A stretch of 21,001 nucleotides of DNA from an uncultured virus (IMG/VR IMGVR_UViG_3300047157_000150). Lineage: Duplodnaviria > Heunggongvirae > Uroviricota > Caudoviricetes. The notes under the pieces were generated by a model. The model saw only the letters and a program-made list of their open reading frames with translations. It ran no database searches and was not told the DNA's origin. The stretch lies in the IMG/VR virus record IMGVR_UViG_3300047157_000150; one strand, given 5' to 3'. A program made the translations under genes and the position numbers. This document shows, piece by piece, positions 8,582-18,579 of this stretch. Positions within the stretch are counted from its first letter, which is position 1; the number at the start of each line of letters is the position of its first letter.

Positions 8582-9996
8582 TGGATTTACTCACAGAAAT
8601 GGATATGAAAGCCTCCGATGGTAATTTTGAATATTTCTTTACAAAAATTCTCGGAATGGAAATGGCAGACTTTCACCGTGATTGGCTACAATCAGTTCAC
8701 GACACACAAAGAACTGTAATCATTTGTTCCCGTGACCACGGAAAGTCTGTATTCTTTCACTCTTGGTGTATCTACCAATTAATTTTTCAGCCTCCACCAT
8801 ATCAAATGATTTACATTTCATCAAACCAAAAACAGACAATGGTTCACATGAAAGATATTGACCGAATGTTCACAAACATTCCTGCCCTAAGAAAATACAA
8901 ACCTAAAGCAGGTTGGGCTGTCGGTTCAATGAGATTAACAAACGGGAATGAAATACTTGAGCGTTCCGTTGGTTCACAGATTCGTGGACTTCACCCTCAA
9001 GAGATTATTATTGACGACCCTATGAAGGAGTTCTCCGTAGCCGCTATACAGCGAGTTACAGATTGGTTTTGGGGTGACATGATTCCTACTCTCCACCACA
9101 CCGCTACTTTACGGATGGTCGGCACACCTTTCACATATACTGATATATTCGCCGCATTGGAGGAAAACCCTGAATATGATGTGCAACGCTATCCAGCAAT
9201 AAATCAAACAGGTGATGCTCTTTGGCCTTCCCGTTGGGATATAGATTCTTTAGAAAAGAGAAGGCGAGAAATCGGTTCTTCTAAGTTTACAAGAGAATAT
9301 CTTTGCATACCAATTTCATCCAATACGATGTTATTTGGAAAGGAATTTATCGACAAGTCTAAAGACCGTACAAGTAAGTTGTCTTATCATGGTAATACTG
9401 AGGCATTCAAATACTACATTGGTTACGACCCTTCACTTTCAGCAGACGGCGACTACACAGTGATGATGGTTATAGAAGTAGATGAAGATATGAATAAAAA
9501 GGTGGTATGGATGGTAAGAGAAAAAAATATGGATTTTCGTTCACACATCACACGCATTACAGACCTTTGTGAAAGATATAAACCCGAAGTTGTAATGATT
9601 GAAACTAATACATTTGCCAAGTCTTTTGCTATGGAACTGCGTGATATATCTGATTTTCCTGTTAAGGAATTTACTATGCACCGTAAGAAGAAAGAAGAAA
9701 TTATTCTTAACTTGCAAATGAATTTAGAAAATGATAAAATTATATTACCCTATGCGGATGAAAAGGCAAAGGCTGTTTCGGATTCAATTATACAAGAACT
9801 TGAAGCATTCGGTATTAGCAGTACGGGAAAAATTGAAGGATTAGGCGCACACGATGATATTGTTATTGCGCTCGCATTGGCTAATCACGCCACAAAGTCT
9901 TTTAATGATGCTTTCATAGACATAGATGGAGGGGGCTTATTTGGAAGTCCCTCAAGGCAAGATTTCGGAGGTGGTATATATGGAATTAATATGTAA
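8581..9996 (+). CDS. terL: Terminase large subunit (Terminase_6-like ATPase plus RNase H-fold nuclease)
   Basis: Walker A-like SRDHGKS, Walker B IIIDD, coupling motif VGTP, nuclease acidic motifs IGYDPS...DYT and HDDIVIALALA; GGAGGA RBS. Confidence 0.93.
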   Translation: MDLLTEMDMKASDGNFEYFFTKILGMEMADFHRDWLQSVHDTQRTVIICSRDHGKSVFFHSWCIYQLIFQPPPYQMIYISSNQKQTMVHMKDIDRMFTNIPALRKYKPKAGWAVGSMRLTNGNEILERSVGSQIRGLHPQEIIIDDPMKEFSVAAIQRVTDWFWGDMIPTLHHTATLRMVGTPFTYTDIFAALEENPEYDVQRYPAINQTGDALWPSRWDIDSLEKRRREIGSSKFTREYLCIPISSNTMLFGKEFIDKSKDRTSKLSYHGNTEAFKYYIGYDPSLSADGDYTVMMVIEVDEDMNKKVVWMVREKNMDFRSHITRITDLCERYKPEVVMIETNTFAKSFAMELRDISDFPVKEFTMHRKKKEEIILNLQMNLENDKIILPYADEKAKAVSDSIIQELEAFGISSTGKIEGLGAHDDIVIALALANHATKSFNDAFIDIDGGGLFGSPSRQDFGGGIYGINM

Positions 9997-11356
9997 GGAA
10001 GATGAAATTGACACAAATGAACTTCGTAGAAAGTTGGAAGAATTAGACCAAGCACAGCGAGAAGCAAAACAAAAGAAAGAAAATTTGTTAGGGGAAATTA
10101 AACTTAGCCAATGGCTTCCGTATCAGTCATTTGACGAAACTGAAGTAATTAAAGATATTTCTAAAATTTATTCAGTTAATCTAACTGATGCGAGAAATAT
10201 GCTTTCCTCATTTCCCGAAGAACCTCTTATTGATAATAAGTCTATACCGGACATTGTTAAAGATTTAAGAAATATGCGTAGAAAATTAAAGGGTGACACA
10301 AGAATGAAAATGAGTAAAACTATTGACCATCTTATCAATGCTTATGGTGACCATTTGAATAAGTGCATTGATTCTGTATATTGGCTTTCTCCGTATAAAT
10401 CAGCAGTTAAGATGCTTACTCCCGATTTAGTCACATTGAGGAAATTAGAACATATTAAGGATGGAAGTCAACGCCAAGAAATTATTGACAATTTGGTTAA
10501 AATGTGGGAAGCCGATATTTTTAAGAATGAATTAGATTATGGTAAAGAATATGCTGATTACACAAAAGTATTCAAGGAAAGTAAAAAAAGCATCAGGTCC
10601 ATTTTAAAAGAAATATCTCATCAGGCAATTCGCAAGTCAAGGCAGGAAGTTTTGGATAATTTAATAATTAAAACAATTTGTAATAATCCCGGTATTTCCA
10701 GCAACGCTATTCATTCTATGATGCCTAAAAGTTATCATCGTTCTACTACTCCTCAGACTATTTCTAAAATGCTAAGAAAAATTAATGCTACCAATGTAAA
10801 CGGAGATTATTACATTCTTAGTGATGAAATTAAAAAGGACCTTTATGGATATGTAGCAGGGTTTATTGACTCGGATGGTTATATTACTATGGATTCGTCT
10901 TATTCTCCCCGTGTTGGTATGATTGCCACAGGGGATAGAGGTAAGAGCATTTCTTTCAAGAAATGGAAAAAGAACTTAAAATTGGTCGCCTACACTTAGA
11001 CCAAAAGGTAGGGGAAAATAGCCGTAGTCAACATAGGTTAAATTTTTATAGCCAAAATGATATTACAAAACTATTGGATGAAGTGCCTACCTCATCTAAG
11101 AATGAAAAAGGAACAAGGGCGACTTTTACAAGAAGCCATCAAGATTAAAAAATTCTATAAAAAAGAACCGTGGGCAAAGGATAGAATGGTAGAAATTTTT
11201 AAACTTATTAAGTGGGAAAATTGGAAGGACGCTCGTAATCAAGGTGCTGTTGAGTTTGAAAAATATGACATACAAGTAGACAACATTTCAAAATATAAGG
11301 ATAATTGTAAGTGGGAATTGATGAACGAAATGGATTCTATTGTTAAGGAGGAATAA
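9980..11356 (+). CDS. Multi-domain protein: helical N-terminus, winged-HTH-like segment and single-motif LAGLIDADG domain (frame broken near 10945 and 11080)
   Basis: GGAGGTGG RBS precedes ATG 9980. YVAGFIDSDG is a LAGLIDADG motif. ORFs 9926-10999, 10963-11148 and 11057-11356 join into a continuous LAGLIDADG fold (...RLNFYSQNDITKLL..CLPHLRMKKEQ...). Confidence 0.8.
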
Positions 11357-11358
11357 AT

Positions 11359-13054
11359 ATGGGACTAAGAGATAGATTTAGAACAGTTGATTAGAAGAAG
11401 AACACCTATCCCTGTTGAAAAGGATGTTTACAATTTAGGTATTCAAGAGCGTAGATTGCCCCAGCATTACGCAGGGCGTTATCTTTATGATACTGCTAAA
11501 AACTCAACTGTTGTAAGAACTTGTTTAGTTCAACTTAAGAATGAAGTTTTTCGTAGAGGTTACGAATGGAAGAAGGCTTTTGACCTAAGAAGTGTAATTC
11601 TTGTGGATATGAACACCAAAAAGACTGTTGATGAATGTATGAATTGTGAGGTCACAAGATTTAAGAAAGCCAAGTTATAAACAAAAGGTTTACGCTGAAA
11701 ACTTTTTTAAGAACCATGTAAATGAATCTCATCAATTATTTATTGATGTTCTTAAAGGAATTGGAAACAGACTTAAATGTAATGGATGATGCCTTTTTAA
11801 TTCTTAGTTAAAGGATTACTTTTTAGAAGAAGACGGGTGAAATTGCCATGTCTAAAATTAACGAAATTTATAGAGGCGACCCAACGACTAATGTTTATTG
11901 AAGTTGATGAAGATGGTGATAGAGGGCATTCAAGATATACTTGCATTACACATAGAGATTTTATCTGAAGATAAGATATGAAAAGTGTGGCATATGTGGT
12001 AGCTAACTTACACCCCATTGAATTTACCAATAAAACTTCTCAGGATGAACAACATTATATTACGGGTGAGGTAGTGCATTTTAGTAAATACTCCCCGTAC
12101 AAGATTGTACGGCCACCCTCCAGTTTTAACACTTGTTTAATCATGTATTTACTTTATCAGGCTATGGAAAACTTACATCAGCACTCTCATACACAAAAAT
12201 GAGAACCCCTAGAGGTATTCTTAGCAGTACAAACAAATAACATGGAATCATTAGTAAAGTATTGGAAAGGTGTGAAGGAAAAGTTAGAGCGTGACCCCCA
12301 CTATGTACCTATTATGGGTATTGAAAGTGACAGTGGTTCTCGTGAAAGTTCTGTTGAATGGGTTCCTTTCATGAATACTATTAAGGAAATGGACTACATA
12401 ACTGCCGTAAAGGATGATTTGCGTACTCGTATTTCTTCGCTTTCTACGGTGTGAGTAATGTATTCACTGGCAGATACTACAACGGGTGGAGGTCTAATTC
12501 AACGAAGGTATGCAGATACTAGTTACTAATCGTGCAGTTGAAATGGCTCAAAATGTCTACAATAAATATCTATTCCCATTCCTAATGGACCAATTCGGTA
12601 TCACTGATTGGAGAGGTTCAACTACTTAGAAGTTCGAGGAAGAAGATGAAATGGCTGTTATGAGAAGAAGGGAAATGGAAATTAATCTTGCGGTTCAAAT
12701 GAAAAATCTTGGCTTTGAGGTTGATATGAACGAAGATGGAGATTTCGTCTTTAAGAAATTCCCCGCTAAGGAATTAATTGATGTTGAAGTTAGATAGTAA
12801 TGAGGGTGAGATGTTAGACAGTATACCCCTATGCGGGAACTAATATTGACGCTTCACAATTAGGGCAACTTCAAGAACAAGCCTTAATGAGCTGGTCAAT
12901 ACTAAAGGCCCAAGTAGCAGGAGAAGTTTCTGAAAAAACTGATTATATATCAAAACCAAGAATGTCTTCCCCACCTGATAAAAGGTTTAGTGGATTACCC
13001 GGTAAGGCTGGAAATAAAAATGTAGATAAAAGAACTGAGAGGCGAGTAGGATGA
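11359..13054 (+). CDS. Portal protein (heavily frameshifted in this sequence)
   Basis: AAGGAGGA RBS and ATG at 11359. Joined frames give portal-like segments (DLNVMDDAF, EVVHFSKYSP..LYG.PP, PRGIL, I..FYGV, VTNRAVEMAQ, YLFPFL). Located downstream of terL; ends ...VDKRTERRVG-TGA, overlapping the next ATG. Confidence 0.75.
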
Positions 13055-15717
13055 TTTACAAGGGATTGATGGGTAGAGAAGAAGTAAGGGACCTTTTGAC
13101 AAAATTCCCTAATATTAGATGGTATCAAAAGTATGAAGGTAGTTATTATAACAATGGGCAGTTTTTAAAAGAAGATGAATTATTAGAAATAGATATGTCT
13201 GCTCAAACTTACAATGAAATTATGAGTATTGACAAGCCTGAAGTAGGTGATAAAAATTCGACGGAAATTTTAGATTTAACTTCTTTTGGGCAGGGTAGAA
13301 TGATAACTGATTATAAAATATCAGGTATGGGTTCAACTTCTAATAATGTTATTAACTATTTAAAAAAACAAATAGATATGGTAGCGACACCACAAGGTTA
13401 TTACTTTATAAATTTATTTGGAAAAAATCTAAATGAAATTCAGTTTAATGAAAAACTACAAAATTTAACTATGAAGGTAAGGCCCGACAGAAATTCTACT
13501 TATGCTAATAATAGGAATGATATGCCTTATAGAATACAGGATAGAAATAAAAACGATAAAGAAATGCAATTTTTAAGAATTACGGGATTAGCAAATATAT
13601 CATTAAGTGTGACAAATCGTTATGACGGAGAATTAGATACCCATTTTTTAATTTTTAAACCCTCTTCTAATGCTTATGGTTTTGAAATCGAAGCGAGAAG
13701 TTTTTATAGAACAAAAATGAGACTTAATAACTTACAAAAAAGAAACTTGAATATTGAACCATTGAATAGTGAATATAGTTGGTTGGAAAAATACCAATTA
13801 AAAGCGATTTCAGGAGTTGAGTATGATATTAACGCAGGTGATTTTACAAAATTTTTAAATCCCGAAGCATTTAATTTATTTAGTAGATGGTTAAGAAAAA
13901 CAATAAATAAAAGAATGGGTAATAAACAAGTTTTTCAAATTTATACACTCAATAAAAATAAAATTGAAAAAAACCCACCTCTAGGAATAAAGGTAGACAA
14001 CGCATTTTTAAATCATGTTTTTACTCCAACGATGACTCCTACGGGTACACGATATGAAAGGTCTCCTAGTTTAGAATCTTTTCTTACTCGACCTTTAAAA
14101 GTACCTCCAAATAAACCCGAAGTTTTAGTTAATCTTGTAAAAGAGGGTTTTCAAGAATTTTTTACCAATACTAGAAAATATAGACCATTGGGCAGGGAAT
14201 TTTTTACAGATAAAAAGTTTGCTGAAGGTAGGTCTAATTTATTCTCAACACTAAGAGCAAAAATTAATATTTTTATGGGTTCAAGAACTACTCATTCAGG
14301 AAAACAAATGAGACCTGTTAGAAATAAAGACGGGAATACAACAATTGGTGATACTCGTAAAATTAATAAAAGGCTTATTGAATTACCACAAAATATTAAA
14401 GACATAGTAACTTTGATGAATAATAAAGCAATAGACTTAGTTCCAATTAAGGATTTACGAGAGGTGTCGAAATATTGGCCTAATTGGGTAGAAGAACAAT
14501 TTGGCGACTCAACCTCAGATGAAAAGGGTTTTGTTATAGGGAACTTTAATTCTATGCAAAGAGTTGAGAATTTTCAACGAGTTGGTTTATTACCCGAAGA
14601 CGACGCTGAAATAGGTGAGAATGCCTTTGCATTTACACTTGCTTATGAAATGGGTTCATTTAGAAGTGTATATATTTTTTATGTAGATTTAATTAAAAGA
14701 GAAATTACAGTAGTTAAGGCCGGTGTTAAAGATGATACTAATGTTTTTACTAGTCAATTTCAAGATTATGATTTAAGGGTCGATTTAATAAATGCAATTA
14801 ATAGAACACTTAGAGAACCTGAAGGAAAGGCATTTGGTGATTCTTCGAGATATAGAGGAAACTACAGATACATGTCAGGTAGCCCCGAACAGCAAGCAAC
14901 AGCCTTTGCTGCTCAATTACATAAAAACCCAAGTTGGGTTAATAACTCTAATGTAGTCTATACTAGCAAAATTACAGGTGATATAGCATCAGGAAAGGTT
15001 GGAGGCTCTACTATATACTACGGCCCAGACCAAGCATCTTATTTTATATTCCCTTACAGTGCGTTCTATCACGATAGACATGGACACGGTTTAGATAGAG
15101 CAAATTTATGTTTAACTCCTATTACACACCCATTCGGAAATCAATTTTACCTATATATTAAAGAAATAATAAACAACATACCGAGAAACACAAAATTAGA
15201 TAAAATTATACCTAAAGAGTATAGGATGAATGAAGAATTAGGCGACTACACACGAAAAGAAAGTTTAGAACAAGTAATAATATATCGCTGGGCTGAGAAA
15301 TTGATGGGTAGTAAGCCACTTAACGAAAGTTTGGGTGAAATGCTGAAAGAACTTGCCTTAGATTGTTTAGAAAAATATCCTCCGGTAAGCATAGGAAGCC
15401 CAAGATGTATTCATCTAGGTGAAAGCAAGGCTCCAGCCACCGATTTTGCGGCTCTTTTTGGAAGTAAGATTAGCGGTGACAATCCCTTCCCTATAAATCC
15501 TAATGTTCCAGCGATGGGGGGCGTTCCCAGATTTGATGCACCGCAAGCATATAATACTGATACATTAAATTTCACAGTTAAGGAAGTCGCAGTAATACAT
15601 TCACAATATTTTAACGCAATGTCTGTTGAAGAAATGACAGACCTTACTAATGAAGTATATAGAGAATACTTTTCAAAAAATAAACCTAATGTACCAACAT
15701 TGGCACAACACGGATAA
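13051..15717 (+). CDS. Large hypothetical protein (888 aa)
   Basis: Intact long ORF coupled to the portal stop by ATGA; no recognisable family. Confidence 0.85.
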   Translation: MIYKGLMGREEVRDLLTKFPNIRWYQKYEGSYYNNGQFLKEDELLEIDMSAQTYNEIMSIDKPEVGDKNSTEILDLTSFGQGRMITDYKISGMGSTSNNVINYLKKQIDMVATPQGYYFINLFGKNLNEIQFNEKLQNLTMKVRPDRNSTYANNRNDMPYRIQDRNKNDKEMQFLRITGLANISLSVTNRYDGELDTHFLIFKPSSNAYGFEIEARSFYRTKMRLNNLQKRNLNIEPLNSEYSWLEKYQLKAISGVEYDINAGDFTKFLNPEAFNLFSRWLRKTINKRMGNKQVFQIYTLNKNKIEKNPPLGIKVDNAFLNHVFTPTMTPTGTRYERSPSLESFLTRPLKVPPNKPEVLVNLVKEGFQEFFTNTRKYRPLGREFFTDKKFAEGRSNLFSTLRAKINIFMGSRTTHSGKQMRPVRNKDGNTTIGDTRKINKRLIELPQNIKDIVTLMNNKAIDLVPIKDLREVSKYWPNWVEEQFGDSTSDEKGFVIGNFNSMQRVENFQRVGLLPEDDAEIGENAFAFTLAYEMGSFRSVYIFYVDLIKREITVVKAGVKDDTNVFTSQFQDYDLRVDLINAINRTLREPEGKAFGDSSRYRGNYRYMSGSPEQQATAFAAQLHKNPSWVNNSNVVYTSKITGDIASGKVGGSTIYYGPDQASYFIFPYSAFYHDRHGHGLDRANLCLTPITHPFGNQFYLYIKEIINNIPRNTKLDKIIPKEYRMNEELGDYTRKESLEQVIIYRWAEKLMGSKPLNESLGEMLKELALDCLEKYPPVSIGSPRCIHLGESKAPATDFAALFGSKISGDNPFPINPNVPAMGGVPRFDAPQAYNTDTLNFTVKEVAVIHSQYFNAMSVEEMTDLTNEVYREYFSKNKPNVPTLAQHG

Positions 15718-15735
15718 GTAAAAGGAGAGATAAAT

Positions 15736-15951
15736 ATGAGTAATATGATAAGAAGAAAATTAGATGAAGCAAAAAAACAATTGGCAGACCTTGAGCGAAA
15801 GGCTAATAAACCGGAACCTACGCCTAAGAAAACTGTGGACTTAACAATGAATGTTCCCGAAGTTCCTCCGGATAACTTTGAGGCAGACCCTGTTATCCCC
15901 GGAATTATTAAACCCGGCCCAAAAATGTCCAAAAAATTTAGACAGGTGTAA
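15736..15951 (+). CDS. Small protein with N-terminal coiled coil and Pro-rich C-terminus
   Basis: 71 aa with AAGGAGA RBS. Confidence 0.8.
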   Translation: MSNMIRRKLDEAKKQLADLERKANKPEPTPKKTVDLTMNVPEVPPDNFEADPVIPGIIKPGPKMSKKFRQV

Positions 15952-15953
15952 GT

Positions 15954-17913
15954 ATGTGGGAAACAATTCTAAAGAGGAAGTATTAAGCCCAACGCTACTC
16001 TTGAAGATATTGAAATTAAATTAAGACAGGCTATACAAGTTCCTGTTTTAGAACAGGTTGTTTCTTCAAATAAAATTGCACTTGATACCTACCCAAACTC
16101 TAAAGCATATAAGGAAGAAATTCAAGAATTAAGAAAAAAAATTAAAGAAGATGAAAAAACCATAGAGGCTTACAAAAAATCAAATCCTTTCGTAGCCTTT
16201 GGTGGAAAGGGTAATATTAAAATTGATGAAGATAAAAAAATTATTGATGATGGTTACGGGAGAAACGAATTTTATCCGATATACGCTTTACCATCGGGTA
16301 AAAGGCCGGGTTTAGGAGGGGAAAGTGGAAAGAAAATAATAGACCCCGAAACACCTCTTACGATAGAAGAAGCGGCTCTACACTATAAGAAAGAAATAGT
16401 TGATTACGATGAAGTAAATGTTAATAGGGTTATGCCTGATGATAAACCTTATGATGCACCTTATGGTCAAAAGGTAGAATCTAAGGATATTGAACCTTCT
16501 AAAGATGTTAAAGATTTAGAAGAAGCAAAGGATAGATTATATTATTATGAAAATATAATTGAAGATAGAAGAACTTCTAATGATGAAGCGATGATTTTAA
16601 GACTTCGTAGTGAGATAAAGGAATTAGAATCACAAATAATTGAAGATGTTGAAACAAAAACATCTCTTAGGGTAGAAGAATCAAGGGCTTTACCGTTAGA
16701 TGCTACTACTTTAAATCAAATATACGAAGTCCTTTATCCAAGAAGTGAGGAAGAAATAAAAACAATTTTAATTGGACTTGGGCAATATTTAAACAATCTT
16801 CCTACCCCAATAGATGTTGAAAAACTTCTAAAACCTTACGAACTTAAAAGAATAAAAGAAATTATTGAGTCTGTACCGGATGCAATAAATAACCCTGTTG
16901 ACAATTATATAAGAAATTTAGTTTCAATGGTAAAGAGTAGAAGAGATAAAACTCTTGGTGTTATTAAGTCAATTAAATTAAATAGACCTAATAAAAAAAT
17001 CCCTGCTATGATTAAAGTTGTAAAAAGTGGAAATATTACAATAAATCAAGCAAATGCAATTTTACCCTTAACTCACGATTTTACTGATAATGATTTTAGT
17101 AAATTTCAGACTTTTATGGAAGCAAATTACTCCCCTATACCAAAGGTAAGTAATAAGAATTTATTTATGAAAAGGTTAACAACTGATATTTACGGGGCAA
17201 CCGGAGTACCTACAAATGAAGAACTAAGAAGTGCTGGGGGTAGTGCTGGTGTTGACCAAATATCTCTAAATTACATGATTGAATGGCTTTTGATAGATAA
17301 TAAACTTGAATCGGAATTAAGAAAAATACTTACAGTAGCCGGACAGCGTTTATCCCCTAAAGAAAGAGTAAGAAGAATTTCTAATTTATTGAATAGTGCT
17401 AAATATAAAAATAAAAATTTCATACCACTTATGCAGAAATATATTTTTGACGAGTCTTCAAAAAATCTTCTCACTGAAAAACAAGTAAAGGAGGTAGAAG
17501 AATTATTGTCTGTTAAAATAGATGGTAAAAGTATTCTTACACATCTTTTATCGGTTATAGACACTAAGTTTATAGTTCCTTCTAAACCTAAAGTAAAGAC
17601 ACTAAAGGATAAAATTATGTCTAAAATGTCATTAGAAAAGGCAGATATATCTTCTCTCCCACCAAAGAAGCGAAGAGAAGTAAAGGCCCTACTTCAAAAC
17701 GCCCATCCAACGGAATACTTTGGTGAAGATTACCTTCGTTTGGGCAAAGTTATAAATATAATTGACGGTTTAGCGGAAGATGAAGAGGCTGAACTCTTAG
17801 AAAAATTGGGCGTTAAAAATTTACAGATGGTAAAGACAGCCGCATCACTAAGAAAGAAATATGAAAATCTATACAAAAAACTATACGACATGGTATATGA
17901 TGAGGAGGAATAA
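15954..17913 (+). CDS. Large hypothetical protein (about 650 aa) with tag MWETILK; one frameshift near 15975
   Basis: ATG 15954 follows an AGGTG RBS and reads MWETILKRKY-stop. The frame of ORF 16432-17913 is open back to 15973, so a single indel joins the two. Confidence 0.75.
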
Positions 17914-17915
17914 AA

Positions 17916-18152
17916 ATGGAAGAAGAAACAACAGTTGAAATTTTAGAAATATTGAAGGCCCTATCCGATAAGGTTAAGGATTTAGAAAGAAAATTAGCAG
18001 ATTCGGACACGGCAATTATGAAGGCTGGATTTGTTCGAAGTCCAAGACCGAGTGCAAAAACCCAAGCAGGTGTACCTAATGGTGATGTGATTTCAAAAAT
18101 GGATTGGAGTGATTTAGACTCACTTGTTAAAAATTTGGAGGGAACAATATGA
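17916..18152 (+). CDS. Small coiled-coil protein, possibly scaffold-like/head assembly
   Basis: 78 aa with GAGGAGG RBS; heptad N-terminus, IMKA site and C-terminal ISKMDWSDL helix. Function is inference. Confidence 0.75.
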   Translation: MEEETTVEILEILKALSDKVKDLERKLADSDTAIMKAGFVRSPRPSAKTQAGVPNGDVISKMDWSDLDSLVKNLEGTI

Positions 18153-18574
18153 GTAAAAAAGAAAATATGATAGCCGATAACGCAGATATGGTAGCAGCAG
18201 ACGCTTTAACACAATTGACAGAACTTACAGTTTTATTGACTAATGCTTTAGGTTATGAACCAGCAGATGCTCAAAAAAATGAAAATGCTGGAAAGAAGGT
18301 AAATGTTGAACGCTTGGCGGCTAAACCAATTACAAAGGAACAGAAACTGGTTAAGAGAAATTATGAAAGTAAGTTAATGCCGGAAAATATGACATACAAA
18401 GCAGAACCGGACCAAGAAGAGATACGCATTGAATCCGAAGGTAATGCAGAAGATTCACAAGATAAAGATGCTGAAGCCGCATTGGAAACAGCACTTGGAA
18501 AACTTAAGCGTCTTCGTCATACATTGACAATAAATGAAGATGCCGCTTTAACCCCAAGTGATGAAATGGTGTGA
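18149..18574 (+). CDS. Acidic hypothetical protein (141 aa)
   Basis: GGAGGG RBS and ATGA overlap; contains LVKR and TYKA sites. Confidence 0.8.
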   Translation: MSKKENMIADNADMVAADALTQLTELTVLLTNALGYEPADAQKNENAGKKVNVERLAAKPITKEQKLVKRNYESKLMPENMTYKAEPDQEEIRIESEGNAEDSQDKDAEAALETALGKLKRLRHTLTINEDAALTPSDEMV

Positions 18575-18579
18575 GGGTA

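Noticed and set aside
10830..11356. Intein or intron-encoded homing endonuclease interrupting terL or portal
   Set aside because: TerL is complete with its own stop, no intein terminal motifs (N-terminal Cys/Ser block, His-Asn) are visible, and the gene has its own RBS.
11359..13054. Portal as a true pseudogene or as several small genes (11387-11680, 11978-12202, 12242-12454)
   Set aside because: The fragments join into one portal-like protein, and the indel pattern fits sequencing error.
2775..16305. LPSGK(K/R) peptide and TACCATCGGG shared by the 2475 and 15954 genes
   Set aside because: The match is too short and has no flanking similarity; probably chance.
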